Shown here: in pieces, positions 6,732 through 16,025 of the stretch | Numbering within the stretch: the stretch's first letter is position 1 | Layout: each line of letters begins with the position of its first letter | Source: a virus | DNA: 37,603 nucleotides | Direction: 5' to 3' (one strand) | Virus record (IMG/VR): IMGVR_UViG_3300018494_000062 | The notes under the pieces: generated by a model | What the model was told of the DNA's origin: nothing | Databases searched by the model: none | The model's input: only the letters and a program-made list of their open reading frames with translations | Program-made: the position numbers and the translations under genes

Positions 6732-9700
6732 TTACCTTCCCCTGTCCTTTCTGCTTGATAATTTTCCAAGTGCCTGATTCATAGGCACTGCCATTGCTGT
6801 TGCAAGTTCATATCCATCCACAGCAAAAGAAACATTAAATGCTTCTTTAAGTTGTGGGAAATATGCTGCAAGCATTTCAATGATTTTCTGCAAATAATAT
6901 GCAAGTGTGTTGTTCTGTTCTGCAACTGCATTTTGAATCATGCTCATAAGTGTGTTTGAACCTGCAACCACTTCACTGCCAGCTTCACCAGCACCCATCA
7001 AATTGCCTGTTGTTTGGTTATAACCGAAAATAGTCGGTTCATCCAGAACAACTGCATTGTTCATGGCTTTTTTGTACCATTCAACACTGACCGCTGGCAT
7101 TCTTCCATTTTCAAGGTCAAAATCACCCTTCAATGAAAAATGTGGTGTCTTCAGTTCTGGTTTCCAGTTTTCAAAGGTGGTCTTCATCTTATCAAGCAAC
7201 ATTCCAATCATGTTTGCTGATTTTTCCACCGCTGAACCCACATCTTCAAATGCAGTGGTTGCCACATCTTTCATTCCTGTGAACACTTCTGTCACAGTGC
7301 CACTTATTTCAGTACATTTCTTTGCAAATGTCCGGAATGCTTCTTGTGTTGCTGCATTTGTTTCATCTTTAAGTTCATAAGTTGCAAGGTCACCTGCAAT
7401 TTCAGTTCTTTTGTTGTGTAGGTCAACATATTCTTGAAGACTTCTGTCAGTCATGGTGTTGATTTCCATTACTTGTGAAAGTGCTGAAACACCCATTCCT
7501 TTGATTTCATTGAATAGGTCAGTGCCACCAATCCTGCTTTCAAGTTTGACAAGTTCATCTTGCCACATTTCAAGTGCTTTGACCTGTGAACCCAGATTGC
7601 CAAGAAGTTCACCTTTTGCAATAGGTTTTGCATTTCCCTCTGTGAATTTTTCAAACAAACTGAAAGAATCTAAAATTGAACCTTGCTGGTCAATGATTTT
7701 CTGGCTTATTTCATCCAAAGAAGACTGCAATTCTTCTTCTGCATCAATAAATTCATCATTTATGTCTTTCTTTGTTTCAAGAAGTTGTTCTTTTGCATCA
7801 AGGTATTTTTGGTCAGCTTTAAATCTTGCATCTGTTCCTTCTTCACACTGTTGTCTGATTTCATCCCAGTATTTCATTTCTTCAATAAGTGATAAATCAT
7901 TGTAAGTCTTGTATTTATCAAGAACATCTTGTGCAGTGTCAAGGACAACTTTGCCCATTTTTTCAGCAGCAGATTCAAGTCTTTTTTTCTGACCTTCCAT
8001 ACCTACTGCCATACCTTCAGCAATCATCTTGCCGACTTCATCACGCATCACCCTTGAAGGTGATTTGATTCCAAAAAGGTTCTTGATGAATTTTGTGATG
8101 TCACCAGTCCATTGTTTAAGTTTTTTCTTAATCCATTCAAATGAACCTGAAATGCCTTTCCAAATACCTTCAACAAGGTTTTTTCCAACTTCACCTGCAT
8201 CATCCCATGCCTTCTTTGCCCACTGTTTTGCTTCTTCAAATTTTTGTCCTATTTTAGCACCTAAACCTGAAAAACCTTCTGCACATAAATTGCTGATATT
8301 TGACCATGTTGATTGTGAATTATCCCATTTGCTTTCAGCCCATTTTTTTGCTTCTTCAAATTTATCACCTATATTTTTCTTTAAATTTGAAAAACCTTCA
8401 ACAACCTTTCCTTTGATGCCTTCCCATGCTTTCTTTGCATTTGCCCATTTTTTCTCTGCTTCTTTTTTTGCTTCTTCAAATTTTTTGCCTAAATCAGATT
8501 TTAATTTTGAAAAACCTTCAACAACCTTTCCTTTGATAGTTTCCCAAGATTGTTTTGCATTCGACCATGCTTGTTCTGCATTCTTTTTGGCTTCACCGAA
8601 TTTTTCACTGAACCAATTACCAACATTTTCAAATGCACCTTGCACATTTTGCTTGACACCTTCCCATTTTTCTTTTGCATCAGACCATGCATTCACTGCC
8701 CATTCTTTTGCACCTGAAAATGTTTCACCGAACCATGCACCAAGACCTGAAAATGTCTGTGTAAGTCCGTCAATAATGCCATTCCAAAGTGCAACAGGAA
8801 GTTCAATGAAAAGTGACTGGAAAATCTGTGGAAGTGCTGCAATTATACCCATCACAAGTTGAATTATACCTTGAATCAATGCAGGTAAATTTTGAACTAA
8901 TGCATTTACAATTGAAATGATTATTGTTGGCAAGTTGTCAATTATTGGTTGTATGATTTGTGGAATCACCTGACACAGCATCACAATCATCTGAACAAGT
9001 CCATCAATTAAAGCTGGAATCAATGTTGGTAGTGCCTGAACAAGTGTTTGAATAATCTGTGGCAATGCATCCACAATTGGCTGTATAATCTGTGGCAATG
9101 CAAGTGCCAAAGATGTGACCAGTTGAACAACACCTTGAATAAGTGCTGGAAGTGCTGACATTATTGCTGAAACAATGCCTGGCATTGCTTGAACAAGACC
9201 ATTCACCAAAGTCACCGCACCATCAACCAATGCTGGCAAAAGTGAATTCAACAAAGGTGGTATCAAAGGCACAATCTGTTGAACAAGGTCTGAAAGTCCT
9301 GTTGTCAATCGTGGTGCAATTTCTGTCAAATTTTTAACAACTACATTTGCAAGATTTGAGAATGAAGAAACAAGACTTTCCACATCCCCTGAACCTGCCA
9401 AAAAGTTTGTCAATGCTGATTTTGCTGTGCTTAATGATCCAGCAAGTGTTTCATTTTCTTTCGCATAGTTCCCTGCTGCATAAGATGTTTTTTCAAGAAA
9501 CATTTCCATTGCAAGACCGATTTTTTCCTGCTGTGTCATTTCCTGTGTGGATTTGTTTATTCCTTTTGATTGTGCATAAGCAGCAATTGCAGTGTCATTC
9601 ATTGCAACACCCAAATTGTCCATCATTGTGAAGTTTCCTTTGGCTGCACCTGCCACTGCTTCCATTGCAGCTTCTGTGTCAATACCCATGATTGATGCAA

Positions 9701-10553
9701 CATCCGCTGCCCTTTGCATTGCTTGTGAAGACAAATTCAATGCTTCTTGTGTTTCAAATCCAGCACCCTTGAACAATGCACCCATCTTGTTTGCTGTTGC
9801 AAGGTAGTCAGACTGTGACAAACCCATGTTTTTATATGCATCTTTTGAAACAGTTTCAAGGTCTTTCGTTGCTGTGATTGCCTTTCCTGTTGCTTCGTCA
9901 TATCCAGTGATGATTGTTGTTGACATTTCACCGATTGTTTCACCTAAATCACCAAAAACGGCTTCAGCACCGCCCATGTTCTGTTCAAGTTCACCACTCA
10001 AGCCTAATGCTTTGGCAGTTAAAACACCCATTCCTGTTGCAGCAGCACCAAGACCAACCAATATGCCCTTGCCAACAACCGCTGCACCTTTGCCGATTGC
10101 ACCAAAAACTTTTCCTAATTTGCTGCCAGTTTTTTCTGCTGTGACATCAAGGTCTTTCAGTGATTTGTCATATTTATCAGCTGCCTTGCTTGCTTCTTCC
10201 AAGTCTTCTTCATTTTTCTGAATTTCCGTTGAAAGTTTTTCAATTTCTTCAGCAACTTTTTTTGTTTCACTGCTGTTTTTCCCTTGCTGCATGTATAGGT
10301 TTTTATATTCGGCTTTTAGTTTGTCGAGTTTTTCTCGCTGTTTTTCCGTTGCTGATGACACTTCATCAAAAGATTTTGCAGCTTCTTTTGATTTGCCACC
10401 ATCAAACATTTTGCTGAAAGATGTGCCAACTTTTGCAAAAAGTGATTCCATCTTTCCTGCAAATGATTCTGTTCTTGTAGAAGTGTTTTCAATTGCTTTG
10501 TTTGCTTCTGAATTGTCAATTGCTATTGTTCCCAGAAGCTTGAATAAATCCAT
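6732..10553 (-). CDS. Tape measure protein
   Basis: 1273 aa with a coiled-coil N-terminus, a hydrophobic LPxIIQ-rich middle and W/F-periodic repeats. It lies between the chaperones and Dit. AAGGGGGTGA SD. Confidence 0.95.
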   Translation of the reverse strand: MDLFKLLGTIAIDNSEANKAIENTSTRTESFAGKMESLFAKVGTSFSKMFDGGKSKEAAKSFDEVSSATEKQREKLDKLKAEYKNLYMQQGKNSSETKKVAEEIEKLSTEIQKNEEDLEEASKAADKYDKSLKDLDVTAEKTGSKLGKVFGAIGKGAAVVGKGILVGLGAAATGMGVLTAKALGLSGELEQNMGGAEAVFGDLGETIGEMSTTIITGYDEATGKAITATKDLETVSKDAYKNMGLSQSDYLATANKMGALFKGAGFETQEALNLSSQAMQRAADVASIMGIDTEAAMEAVAGAAKGNFTMMDNLGVAMNDTAIAAYAQSKGINKSTQEMTQQEKIGLAMEMFLEKTSYAAGNYAKENETLAGSLSTAKSALTNFLAGSGDVESLVSSFSNLANVVVKNLTEIAPRLTTGLSDLVQQIVPLIPPLLNSLLPALVDGAVTLVNGLVQAMPGIVSAIMSALPALIQGVVQLVTSLALALPQIIQPIVDALPQIIQTLVQALPTLIPALIDGLVQMIVMLCQVIPQIIQPIIDNLPTIIISIVNALVQNLPALIQGIIQLVMGIIAALPQIFQSLFIELPVALWNGIIDGLTQTFSGLGAWFGETFSGAKEWAVNAWSDAKEKWEGVKQNVQGAFENVGNWFSEKFGEAKKNAEQAWSNAKQSWETIKGKVVEGFSKLKSDLGKKFEEAKKEAEKKWANAKKAWEGIKGKVVEGFSNLKKNIGDKFEEAKKWAESKWDNSQSTWSNISNLCAEGFSGLGAKIGQKFEEAKQWAKKAWDDAGEVGKNLVEGIWKGISGSFEWIKKKLKQWTGDITKFIKNLFGIKSPSRVMRDEVGKMIAEGMAVGMEGQKKRLESAAEKMGKVVLDTAQDVLDKYKTYNDLSLIEEMKYWDEIRQQCEEGTDARFKADQKYLDAKEQLLETKKDINDEFIDAEEELQSSLDEISQKIIDQQGSILDSFSLFEKFTEGNAKPIAKGELLGNLGSQVKALEMWQDELVKLESRIGGTDLFNEIKGMGVSALSQVMEINTMTDRSLQEYVDLHNKRTEIAGDLATYELKDETNAATQEAFRTFAKKCTEISGTVTEVFTGMKDVATTAFEDVGSAVEKSANMIGMLLDKMKTTFENWKPELKTPHFSLKGDFDLENGRMPAVSVEWYKKAMNNAVVLDEPTIFGYNQTTGNLMGAGEAGSEVVAGSNTLMSMIQNAVAEQNNTLAYYLQKIIEMLAAYFPQLKEAFNVSFAVDGYELATAMAVPMNQALGKLSSRKDRGR
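8221..8760. repeat. About 4.5 tandem 120-bp (40-aa) repeats inside the tape measure gene
   Basis: The exact 32-mer TTTGAAAAACCTTCAACAACCTTTCCTTTGAT occurs at 8386-8417 and 8506-8537. TTTTTTGCTTCTTCAAATTT occurs at 8344 and 8464. Diverged copies lie near 8226, 8584 and 8704. Confidence 0.85.
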
Positions 10554-10570
10554 TGTTGTTCACCCCCTTA

Positions 10571-10858
10571 TCATTTAGGGCTAAAATTGTTAAGAATATC
10601 CATTGAATTTTGAACTGTTGTTTCAATTGTTCTTTTTGACATGTTCTGATTCTCTTTATTTGTGTTGATTCCGTCTTTGAAGTCCTTGAATGAACCTTCC
10701 CAGACCTTATGCAAGAAGAATTCCCAGTCTGTTTCATCTTCTTTTTCCTGGTTGATTGTTTTTATAAAATCAGACACAAATTCACTGAATCTTTCTGTCT
10801 GGATCATTCCTTCCATAAAAAAACATGGATTTGCATATCGTTTTGACAGCAAATCCAT
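10571..10858 (-). CDS. Tail assembly chaperone, distal (T-like) segment
   Basis: It lies between the G-like chaperone and the tape measure gene. It has its own AGGTGA SD and ATG, and its frame stays open upstream into the end of the G gene in the -1 frame. Confidence 0.7.
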   Translation of the reverse strand: MDLLSKRYANPCFFMEGMIQTERFSEFVSDFIKTINQEKEDETDWEFFLHKVWEGSFKDFKDGINTNKENQNMSKRTIETTVQNSMDILNNFSPK

Positions 10859-10872
10859 GAATTTAAAATCAC

Positions 10873-11334
10873 CTATTTGAACAATTTTGAAACAACCTTG
10901 AAAAAATCCCCAAATTCTTCTTTCTTCACAAAGTCAATAATCATTTCAAGGAACATCACCATGTCAAGACCTTTGATTTCTTCAATTGTCAAGTTTGATG
11001 TGCTTTCAAGCATCTTGTAAATTTCATCTTCACATTTTGGAAGATTGCTAAATATTACATTTGCAATTTCTAAAATGACAGACACACCCACAATTGATGC
11101 TGTTTTGTTTGTTCCTTTTTCTTTTGATGTGAAGGAAGCAATCATTTTCTGAATGCCATCTTTTTCAAAGCATGCAGTGAATTCATTCACACCAATTTTG
11201 CTGATGATTCTAAACATAGGAAAAACATCTTCTGTTTTTAATCGTCTGAATGTATATGGTTTTTCAACCTGTTCTGGTGCTGTGATTGGTGCTTCCTTTA
11301 TTTCTGAATTGTTTTCAATTTTCTTTTTCGCCAT
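10873..11334 (-). CDS. Tail assembly chaperone (G-like)
   Basis: 153 aa, acidic, immediately downstream of the major tail region and upstream of the T-like ORF and the tape measure gene. Confidence 0.75.
   Translation of the reverse strand: MAKKKIENNSEIKEAPITAPEQVEKPYTFRRLKTEDVFPMFRIISKIGVNEFTACFEKDGIQKMIASFTSKEKGTNKTASIVGVSVILEIANVIFSNLPKCEDEIYKMLESTSNLTIEEIKGLDMVMFLEMIIDFVKKEEFGDFFKVVSKLFK
10900..10906 (-). other. Candidate -1 programmed frameshift slippery heptamer T_TTT_TTC
   Basis: The minus-strand zero frame reads gaT TTT TTC aag. The -1 frame from here reads QGCFKIVQIGDFKF, then MDLLSKRY..., with no stop. Confidence 0.6.
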
Positions 11335-11352
11335 TGTTCAAATCCCCTTTTC

Positions 11353-11562
11353 TTATTTCTTTATTTCGTTTGTTGGTTTTTCAACCTTGTCATTTTTAAC
11401 AGGTGCAGGTGCAGAAGCCTTTTCAACTTCCACATAATCACCTGATCTTTTTATTTCTGCAAATCTTGCTTCAGTCACAGTCAGTTTTTCACCAACATTT
11501 CTGAATGTGCCAGTGTATCTGTCAAGAAATTTTTTTCTTACAACCACTTTTATTTTTTTCAT
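11353..11562 (-). CDS. Hypothetical 69-aa protein in the tail module
   Basis: ORF between the major tail protein and the chaperones. No family recognised. Confidence 0.5.
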   Translation of the reverse strand: MKKIKVVVRKKFLDRYTGTFRNVGEKLTVTEARFAEIKRSGDYVEVEKASAPAPVKNDKVEKPTNEIKK

Positions 11563-11581
11563 GGTTCAAATCCCCCTTCAA

Positions 11582-12175
11582 TTACACTGTTGCTTCCTGT
11601 GGATAGTAAATTCTTACTGGAACTCTGTCCAAATCAGATTCAATGTCACCATAAGCTGTGAATGTTGCTTTTACAACTGCATTTTCTTTGTTTTTCGGAT
11701 CAAGCTGAAAACCAGATTTGCAAAGTGCATTGTCAAAGATAACAATTATCTGTTTTGACTGGTCAGCTGTGTAACCAACAAAACCAAGATTTTGAACATA
11801 ATCACCTTCAGTGATTGCATTTTTTGTCCGGATGCAATCAAAACCAGCCACATTGTGTTCAGAATCTTCACCAAGAACTTCACCAAGTGTGGTCATTGAA
11901 AGAATGTCTTTGTTAAGTTCTGCAAAGTTTACTTCTGCTTCACCTGTGCCACCCTGCATCACTGCAAGACCTTTTGCAACAACTGCTGCACCATCAATTT
12001 CAATGTCAAGCACTTCAGGTGTGATTTTGATTGAACTTCCACCACTTGTTGCACCAAGCACTGTGCCTGACCATCCTTCACCTTCTTTGAATTCCAAGCC
12101 TTTGAACCATGTGCCAGCACCAAGCGGAATGTTTGATGGTGTTGCTTTTGTGATTCCATGTTTAACTAAACTCAT
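11582..12175 (-). CDS. Major tail protein
   Basis: 197 aa and beta-rich (LGAGTWFKGLEF...GATSGGSSIKITPEVLDIEIDGA). Its position upstream of the chaperones and tape measure gene is canonical. Confidence 0.85.
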   Translation of the reverse strand: MSLVKHGITKATPSNIPLGAGTWFKGLEFKEGEGWSGTVLGATSGGSSIKITPEVLDIEIDGAAVVAKGLAVMQGGTGEAEVNFAELNKDILSMTTLGEVLGEDSEHNVAGFDCIRTKNAITEGDYVQNLGFVGYTADQSKQIIVIFDNALCKSGFQLDPKNKENAVVKATFTAYGDIESDLDRVPVRIYYPQEATV

Positions 12176-12553
12176 TTATAAAACCCCTTTCCATTGTTTA
12201 AGTTTTAAATTGATTTGAATTTTTTCCAAATCCGCTTCATTTGTAGGAATATAAAAAGCACCCCCATAAAAGACAGCAATTGCACCGCTGTCTGTCTGTG
12301 CTCTTAAACCAAACACAGAATGAAAGTGCTTCTTGATTTTGTTTTTGACTTCTTCAAGTGGAAGCCTGCCTGTTGCTCTGTTCCAACCTGTCAAAATCAA
12401 TGTTGATTCTTCTTTTCCGTCTTCAGTTGTCGGTTCATCTTCAGTGATTTCACCGACAAAATACGGATATTTAACATCAGATGTCCATTCACCAAATTCA
12501 TATTGAATCCCCAGTGCTTCCATCTGTTCATTTATGAATTTTAATGCTTCCAT
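12176..12553 (-). CDS. Tail completion / tail terminator-type neck protein
   Basis: Call rests on position and on the YEFGEWTSDVKYPYFVGE motif, which is common in this slot. Confidence 0.55.
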   Translation of the reverse strand: MEALKFINEQMEALGIQYEFGEWTSDVKYPYFVGEITEDEPTTEDGKEESTLILTGWNRATGRLPLEEVKNKIKKHFHSVFGLRAQTDSGAIAVFYGGAFYIPTNEADLEKIQINLKLKQWKGVL

Positions 12554-12556
12554 TTA

Positions 12557-12973
12557 TCACAACCCTTTCAATGAATCTTGAAGGTGTTTGATGATTGATG
12601 ATTTCAAACTGTTGTAAGCATTCCAAAATGCCCTTGATGGCTTCTTCCCAAAGGTATGATGCCAGTCACCTTTTTCATCCTTATAAGACCAGCCACCCTG
12701 TCTGCCATTGCCTTTGATTGCATGTTCACCTGTGCCGAATTCTTCCCAGATTGCATTTTCATCATTTGAACCGATATATGCAACATGTTCTGAATCAACC
12801 ACTTTGTGTTGAAAACTGTTCTTTGTCTTGCCTGTGTCAACCCTTGAATTTCTTTTTGTTGCAGATTCAATTTCACCTGCACATTCTTCAAGCCTTGCAT
12901 TGATTGCATCATCAATTGCATCCTTCACTTCAATTGTGAAGTCTTCAAAAATGACATCAGCCATTTTGACCAC
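12557..12973 (-). CDS. HK97 gp10-family head-tail joining protein
   Basis: RVDTGKTKNSF...IGSNDENAIWEEFGTG pattern, and position in the neck block. Confidence 0.7.
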   Translation of the reverse strand: MVKMADVIFEDFTIEVKDAIDDAINARLEECAGEIESATKRNSRVDTGKTKNSFQHKVVDSEHVAYIGSNDENAIWEEFGTGEHAIKGNGRQGGWSYKDEKGDWHHTFGKKPSRAFWNAYNSLKSSIIKHLQDSLKGL

Positions 12974-13328
12974 CGACTTTTTTTAGGAAGATTTCAAGCT
13001 GTTCATCCAATTCATCAGGATTGTCAATCAAAAGAACATCATACATGTTGCCTTTTAAAATCATTCTGGTGTCCTGGTCAGCAAGTGCATAAATGCCTGA
13101 ATGAAAATCACAAAGGAAAACATGTGTTGATTCTTCAATTTTTGCATTGAATGTGGCTCTTTTGCTGTCACCGCTTTGAAGACCAAGCCACCCCACATGA
13201 CTGAATGCATCCTTCCAAACAAGTTCAGCTTCGCCAATTACATTCTTTCCCACTGAATTTTTTGTCTGAATGATTCCTGTGATGTTTCCACCTATGTTTG
13301 CCATGTTCAACACCTTGCTTTCTTGCAA
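12957..13328 (-). CDS. Head closure / head-tail adaptor protein
   Basis: Position and size. WKDAFSHVGWLGLQSGD...HVFLCDF is typical of Phage_H_T_join-like proteins. Confidence 0.65.
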   Translation of the reverse strand: MQESKVLNMANIGGNITGIIQTKNSVGKNVIGEAELVWKDAFSHVGWLGLQSGDSKRATFNAKIEESTHVFLCDFHSGIYALADQDTRMILKGNMYDVLLIDNPDELDEQLEIFLKKVGGQNG

Positions 13329-13831
13329 AAATTCACTGCATTTAAAATGCCGACTGGATAACCTAAAAACATTGTGGCACTGTCTTCATAGGTGACAGAA
13401 TGCCTTGACAATGTTTCAGACTTGATTCCCACCTTTGAACGATTTTTCACTTCCCATTCAAGAAGATTCACAGCACAGTCAACAACATCTTCTGGATATT
13501 CAACTTTTGTGACAAGAACTGCTGCTTCATCAACAACATCTTCTTCAACTGTGAATCCAAAATCATTTGTTGCAACAACAGTGAAAAGACCTTCATTCAG
13601 TCCTGATTCACTGATTTGCACTGTATCACCTATTTTGAAGGGAACATCAGAATCAACAACAAAAAGACCGCCAACAATGTCAGCAGTCTTTCTGTATGAC
13701 CTTTTTTGAAAATTGTTGTTTGTATATCTTCTGATCGCATGTTCAATAGCTTTCAGTTTTCTTTCAAGTTTTTCATCTGACCAGTCTTTGAAATCAATCA
13801 ATTTTTTTGCTTCTTCTAATGAAATAATCAT
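13307..13831 (-). CDS. gp6-like head-tail connector protein
   Basis: ISLEEAKKLIDF...KLKAIEHAIRRYTNNNF is the N-terminal helix pattern of Phage_connect_1. It follows the capsid gene directly. Confidence 0.65.
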   Translation of the reverse strand: MIISLEEAKKLIDFKDWSDEKLERKLKAIEHAIRRYTNNNFQKRSYRKTADIVGGLFVVDSDVPFKIGDTVQISESGLNEGLFTVVATNDFGFTVEEDVVDEAAVLVTKVEYPEDVVDCAVNLLEWEVKNRSKVGIKSETLSRHSVTYEDSATMFLGYPVGILNAVNFCKKARC

Positions 13832-13849
13832 CAGGGATTCCCCCTTTCA

Positions 13850-14710
13850 TTATTTCTTGAATTTTGCAAGAACAACTTTTGATTCGTTTGTAAGTGCTAC
13901 ACCATAATATTTTGCAGATGTGATTTCATGTGTCTGGCTTCTTGGTTTCCACTCTGAATCTGTCTGTGTGTCTTTCTTTAAGAAGATTGTTACTGCTGGA
14001 AGTTCATCTTCTGTGTATTCTGTTTCTGCATTTGCAGGTTCAAGTTTGATGATAGGGCATGTGTAAATGCCATCTTCACCAGCAATGATTTTCTTTGATG
14101 GAATAATACGAACACCAGCAATCATGCCAATTTCACCTGACATCATAACATTGTTGTTGTATTTGTCAGCAGAAATGAAGTCACTGTCTTTTCTTAATGC
14201 TGTTACCTGTTCAGGTGCAACAAACATCACTTTGTCTGTGATTTCTTCTTCATCAAATGTGCCAACACCATCAACAATTCCTGCATAGCTGATTTTTGCA
14301 GTGCCATCACCGCTTGTGATTGAAGAAGTAAGAACGGCTGCAAGAACATCATTGTCAACTTTTCCTGCAATTGCTTTTGCAAGCTGCTGTTCTACCTGTC
14401 CAATTAGATTTCCAAGACCGCTGTTCACAGCTTCCTGTGTGATTCCAACTGCTTTCATTGCTTTTTTGATTGTGAATGTTTTTGTGCCTACTGTCATTGC
14501 TGTAAGGTCAACTTCTGCACCTTCTGCAACATCTACCGCATCACCGATATAATTCCATGATGGAACTGTTTTTGTGTCACCTGCAACACCCTGAAGGGAT
14601 GTGTCAAGTTTTGCATATGGTGTGATTTTTAGCATTGCTTCAATTTTAGCATTGATCATGTCACCCATAACTTCTGGATTGATTACATTTGTCATTGTTG
14701 TTAAAGCCAT
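13850..14710 (-). CDS. Major capsid protein
   Basis: 286 aa, positioned right after the scaffold gene. MALTTMTNVINPEVMGDMINAKIE... is typical of small Firmicutes-phage capsid proteins. Strong SD. Confidence 0.85.
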   Translation of the reverse strand: MALTTMTNVINPEVMGDMINAKIEAMLKITPYAKLDTSLQGVAGDTKTVPSWNYIGDAVDVAEGAEVDLTAMTVGTKTFTIKKAMKAVGITQEAVNSGLGNLIGQVEQQLAKAIAGKVDNDVLAAVLTSSITSGDGTAKISYAGIVDGVGTFDEEEITDKVMFVAPEQVTALRKDSDFISADKYNNNVMMSGEIGMIAGVRIIPSKKIIAGEDGIYTCPIIKLEPANAETEYTEDELPAVTIFLKKDTQTDSEWKPRSQTHEITSAKYYGVALTNESKVVLAKFKK

Positions 14711-14735
14711 AATTTTTCACCTTAACCTTTCTTTT

Positions 14736-15422
14736 TTATGATTTCATGATTTCTTTGTATGCTTCAGGATTTTCATTGTAGATTTTCTGTCTTTCAGCAT
14801 ACGGCTTTTTCAGAAGGTCTTCTTTTGTGTAACCTTCTTTTTTGTCTGGATCAGGCAGTTTGTTTTCTTCAATTACTTGACCTTTCATCAAATTGCCATT
14901 TCCTGTTTCAAACTGTTGTGGGAACTGCACCTTCAAACCTGAAAGAACATCATCCCATCCTTTGATATTGTCATTTTCATCAAGTTCCAGTGTTTTGTTC
15001 TGTTCCTGCATCTTTTCATTGATTTTGAAAGTCAAATAATCAATGTCAACGGCTTTTTCAGACAATAAAGCAACTTTTACAGCTGATTTGATTTTTGTTT
15101 CCTGAAGTTGTTTTTTAAGGTTTTCAACTTCTGTTTCATAACCTGATATTTTTTTCTGTGCATCTTCATTGCCTTTTGTGCCTTTTTTCAAGTCTGCAAT
15201 CAAATTATTTGCTGTTTCCAGTTCGGTATCTTTGCCAGAAAGTAAATCATTCAGCTTCTGAATATCAAGTTCATGTTTACCTTTGGCAACATATTCACCG
15301 CTTCCTAAATTGCCAAGCTTGATTTGTTTGTCTTTGTTGGCATCATTGCCATTGTGTTCATTGATTTTGGCTTCAATTTGCTTGAACAAATCATCACCCA
15401 AGATTCCTTTTAAAAAATCCAT
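14736..15422 (-). CDS. Scaffolding protein (GP20-like)
   Basis: 228 aa, highly charged and coiled-coil. The N-terminus MDFLKGILGDDLFKQIEAKINEHN is typical. It lies directly upstream of the capsid gene. Confidence 0.75.
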   Translation of the reverse strand: MDFLKGILGDDLFKQIEAKINEHNGNDANKDKQIKLGNLGSGEYVAKGKHELDIQKLNDLLSGKDTELETANNLIADLKKGTKGNEDAQKKISGYETEVENLKKQLQETKIKSAVKVALLSEKAVDIDYLTFKINEKMQEQNKTLELDENDNIKGWDDVLSGLKVQFPQQFETGNGNLMKGQVIEENKLPDPDKKEGYTKEDLLKKPYAERQKIYNENPEAYKEIMKS

Positions 15423-15544
15423 ATCAAATTCCTTTCTTTGTCACTGTTTTTAAATGTGGTGTCACCACTGACAATGTGATTCAGTTTAAATGCCATAAAT
15501 CAGGGCAAATTCCAAGCTTTTAAATGTCATCAGGTAATTTGGAC

Positions 15545-15574
15545 AATAAAAAAAGGACATCATTGCTGATGCCC
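15545..15574 (-). terminator. Rho-independent terminator after the fibre cassette
   Basis: The minus strand reads GGGCATCA-gcaa-TGATGTCC (one G:U pair) followed by TTTTTTTATT. Confidence 0.7.
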
Positions 15575-15592
15575 TTTTATAGACTGATTATT

Positions 15593-16012
15593 TTATTCAT
15601 CAATTTCCCAATATGCAGGATAGTCAGTTGGATTCCAAACACAGACACTTCCTTCTGGTGCAATACATCTGTATTTTTTGCCTTCAAATGTCATTTTGTC
15701 ACCGCCATAATACCATTTGCCAACCACAAATTCTGGATATTCGTCTTCTGTTGGTGTTTCACCTTCTGATTCAGTGTCATTTCCTGCATTGAATCTTGCT
15801 TCAAGTGCTTTGATTCGTCTGTCCATTTCTTCAAGTTTTTTAAGGACATCAACACTGTCTTTTGGATTTGCTTTGTCCTGTGCCAGTTTTAGAAGTTCTG
15901 ATCTTTGTTCATCTGTGATGAATCCTTTCACCCATATGGTGTCAATCTTTTTGAGTAGGTCAGAAAGTTCAAATTTTCCTTCCTGTGCAACATTTTTGAT
16001 TATGTTATACAT
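15593..16012 (-). CDS. XkdX-like N-terminus, coiled coil and a CBM5/12-like carbohydrate-binding C-terminus
   Basis: WVKGFITDEQRSELL resembles XkdX. GKWYYGGDKMTFEGKKYRCIAPEGSVCVWNPTDYPAYWE fits the W..GD.V...G..Y.C....W.P...P..W pattern. ATG at 16012 lies 7 nt after AAGGGGGA; the alternative start is 16018. Confidence 0.6.
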   Translation of the reverse strand: MYNIIKNVAQEGKFELSDLLKKIDTIWVKGFITDEQRSELLKLAQDKANPKDSVDVLKKLEEMDRRIKALEARFNAGNDTESEGETPTEDEYPEFVVGKWYYGGDKMTFEGKKYRCIAPEGSVCVWNPTDYPAYWEIDE

Positions 16013-16025
16013 ATTCATTCCCCCT

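Noticed and set aside
8029-8862. 277-aa plus-strand ORF, together with 7453..7905, 9826..10221 and other plus-strand ORFs antisense to the tape measure gene
   Set aside because: These are shadow ORFs opposite a strongly supported 1273-aa gene. Their products are low-complexity (S/F/P-rich), none has an SD, and their repeats simply mirror the tape measure repeats.
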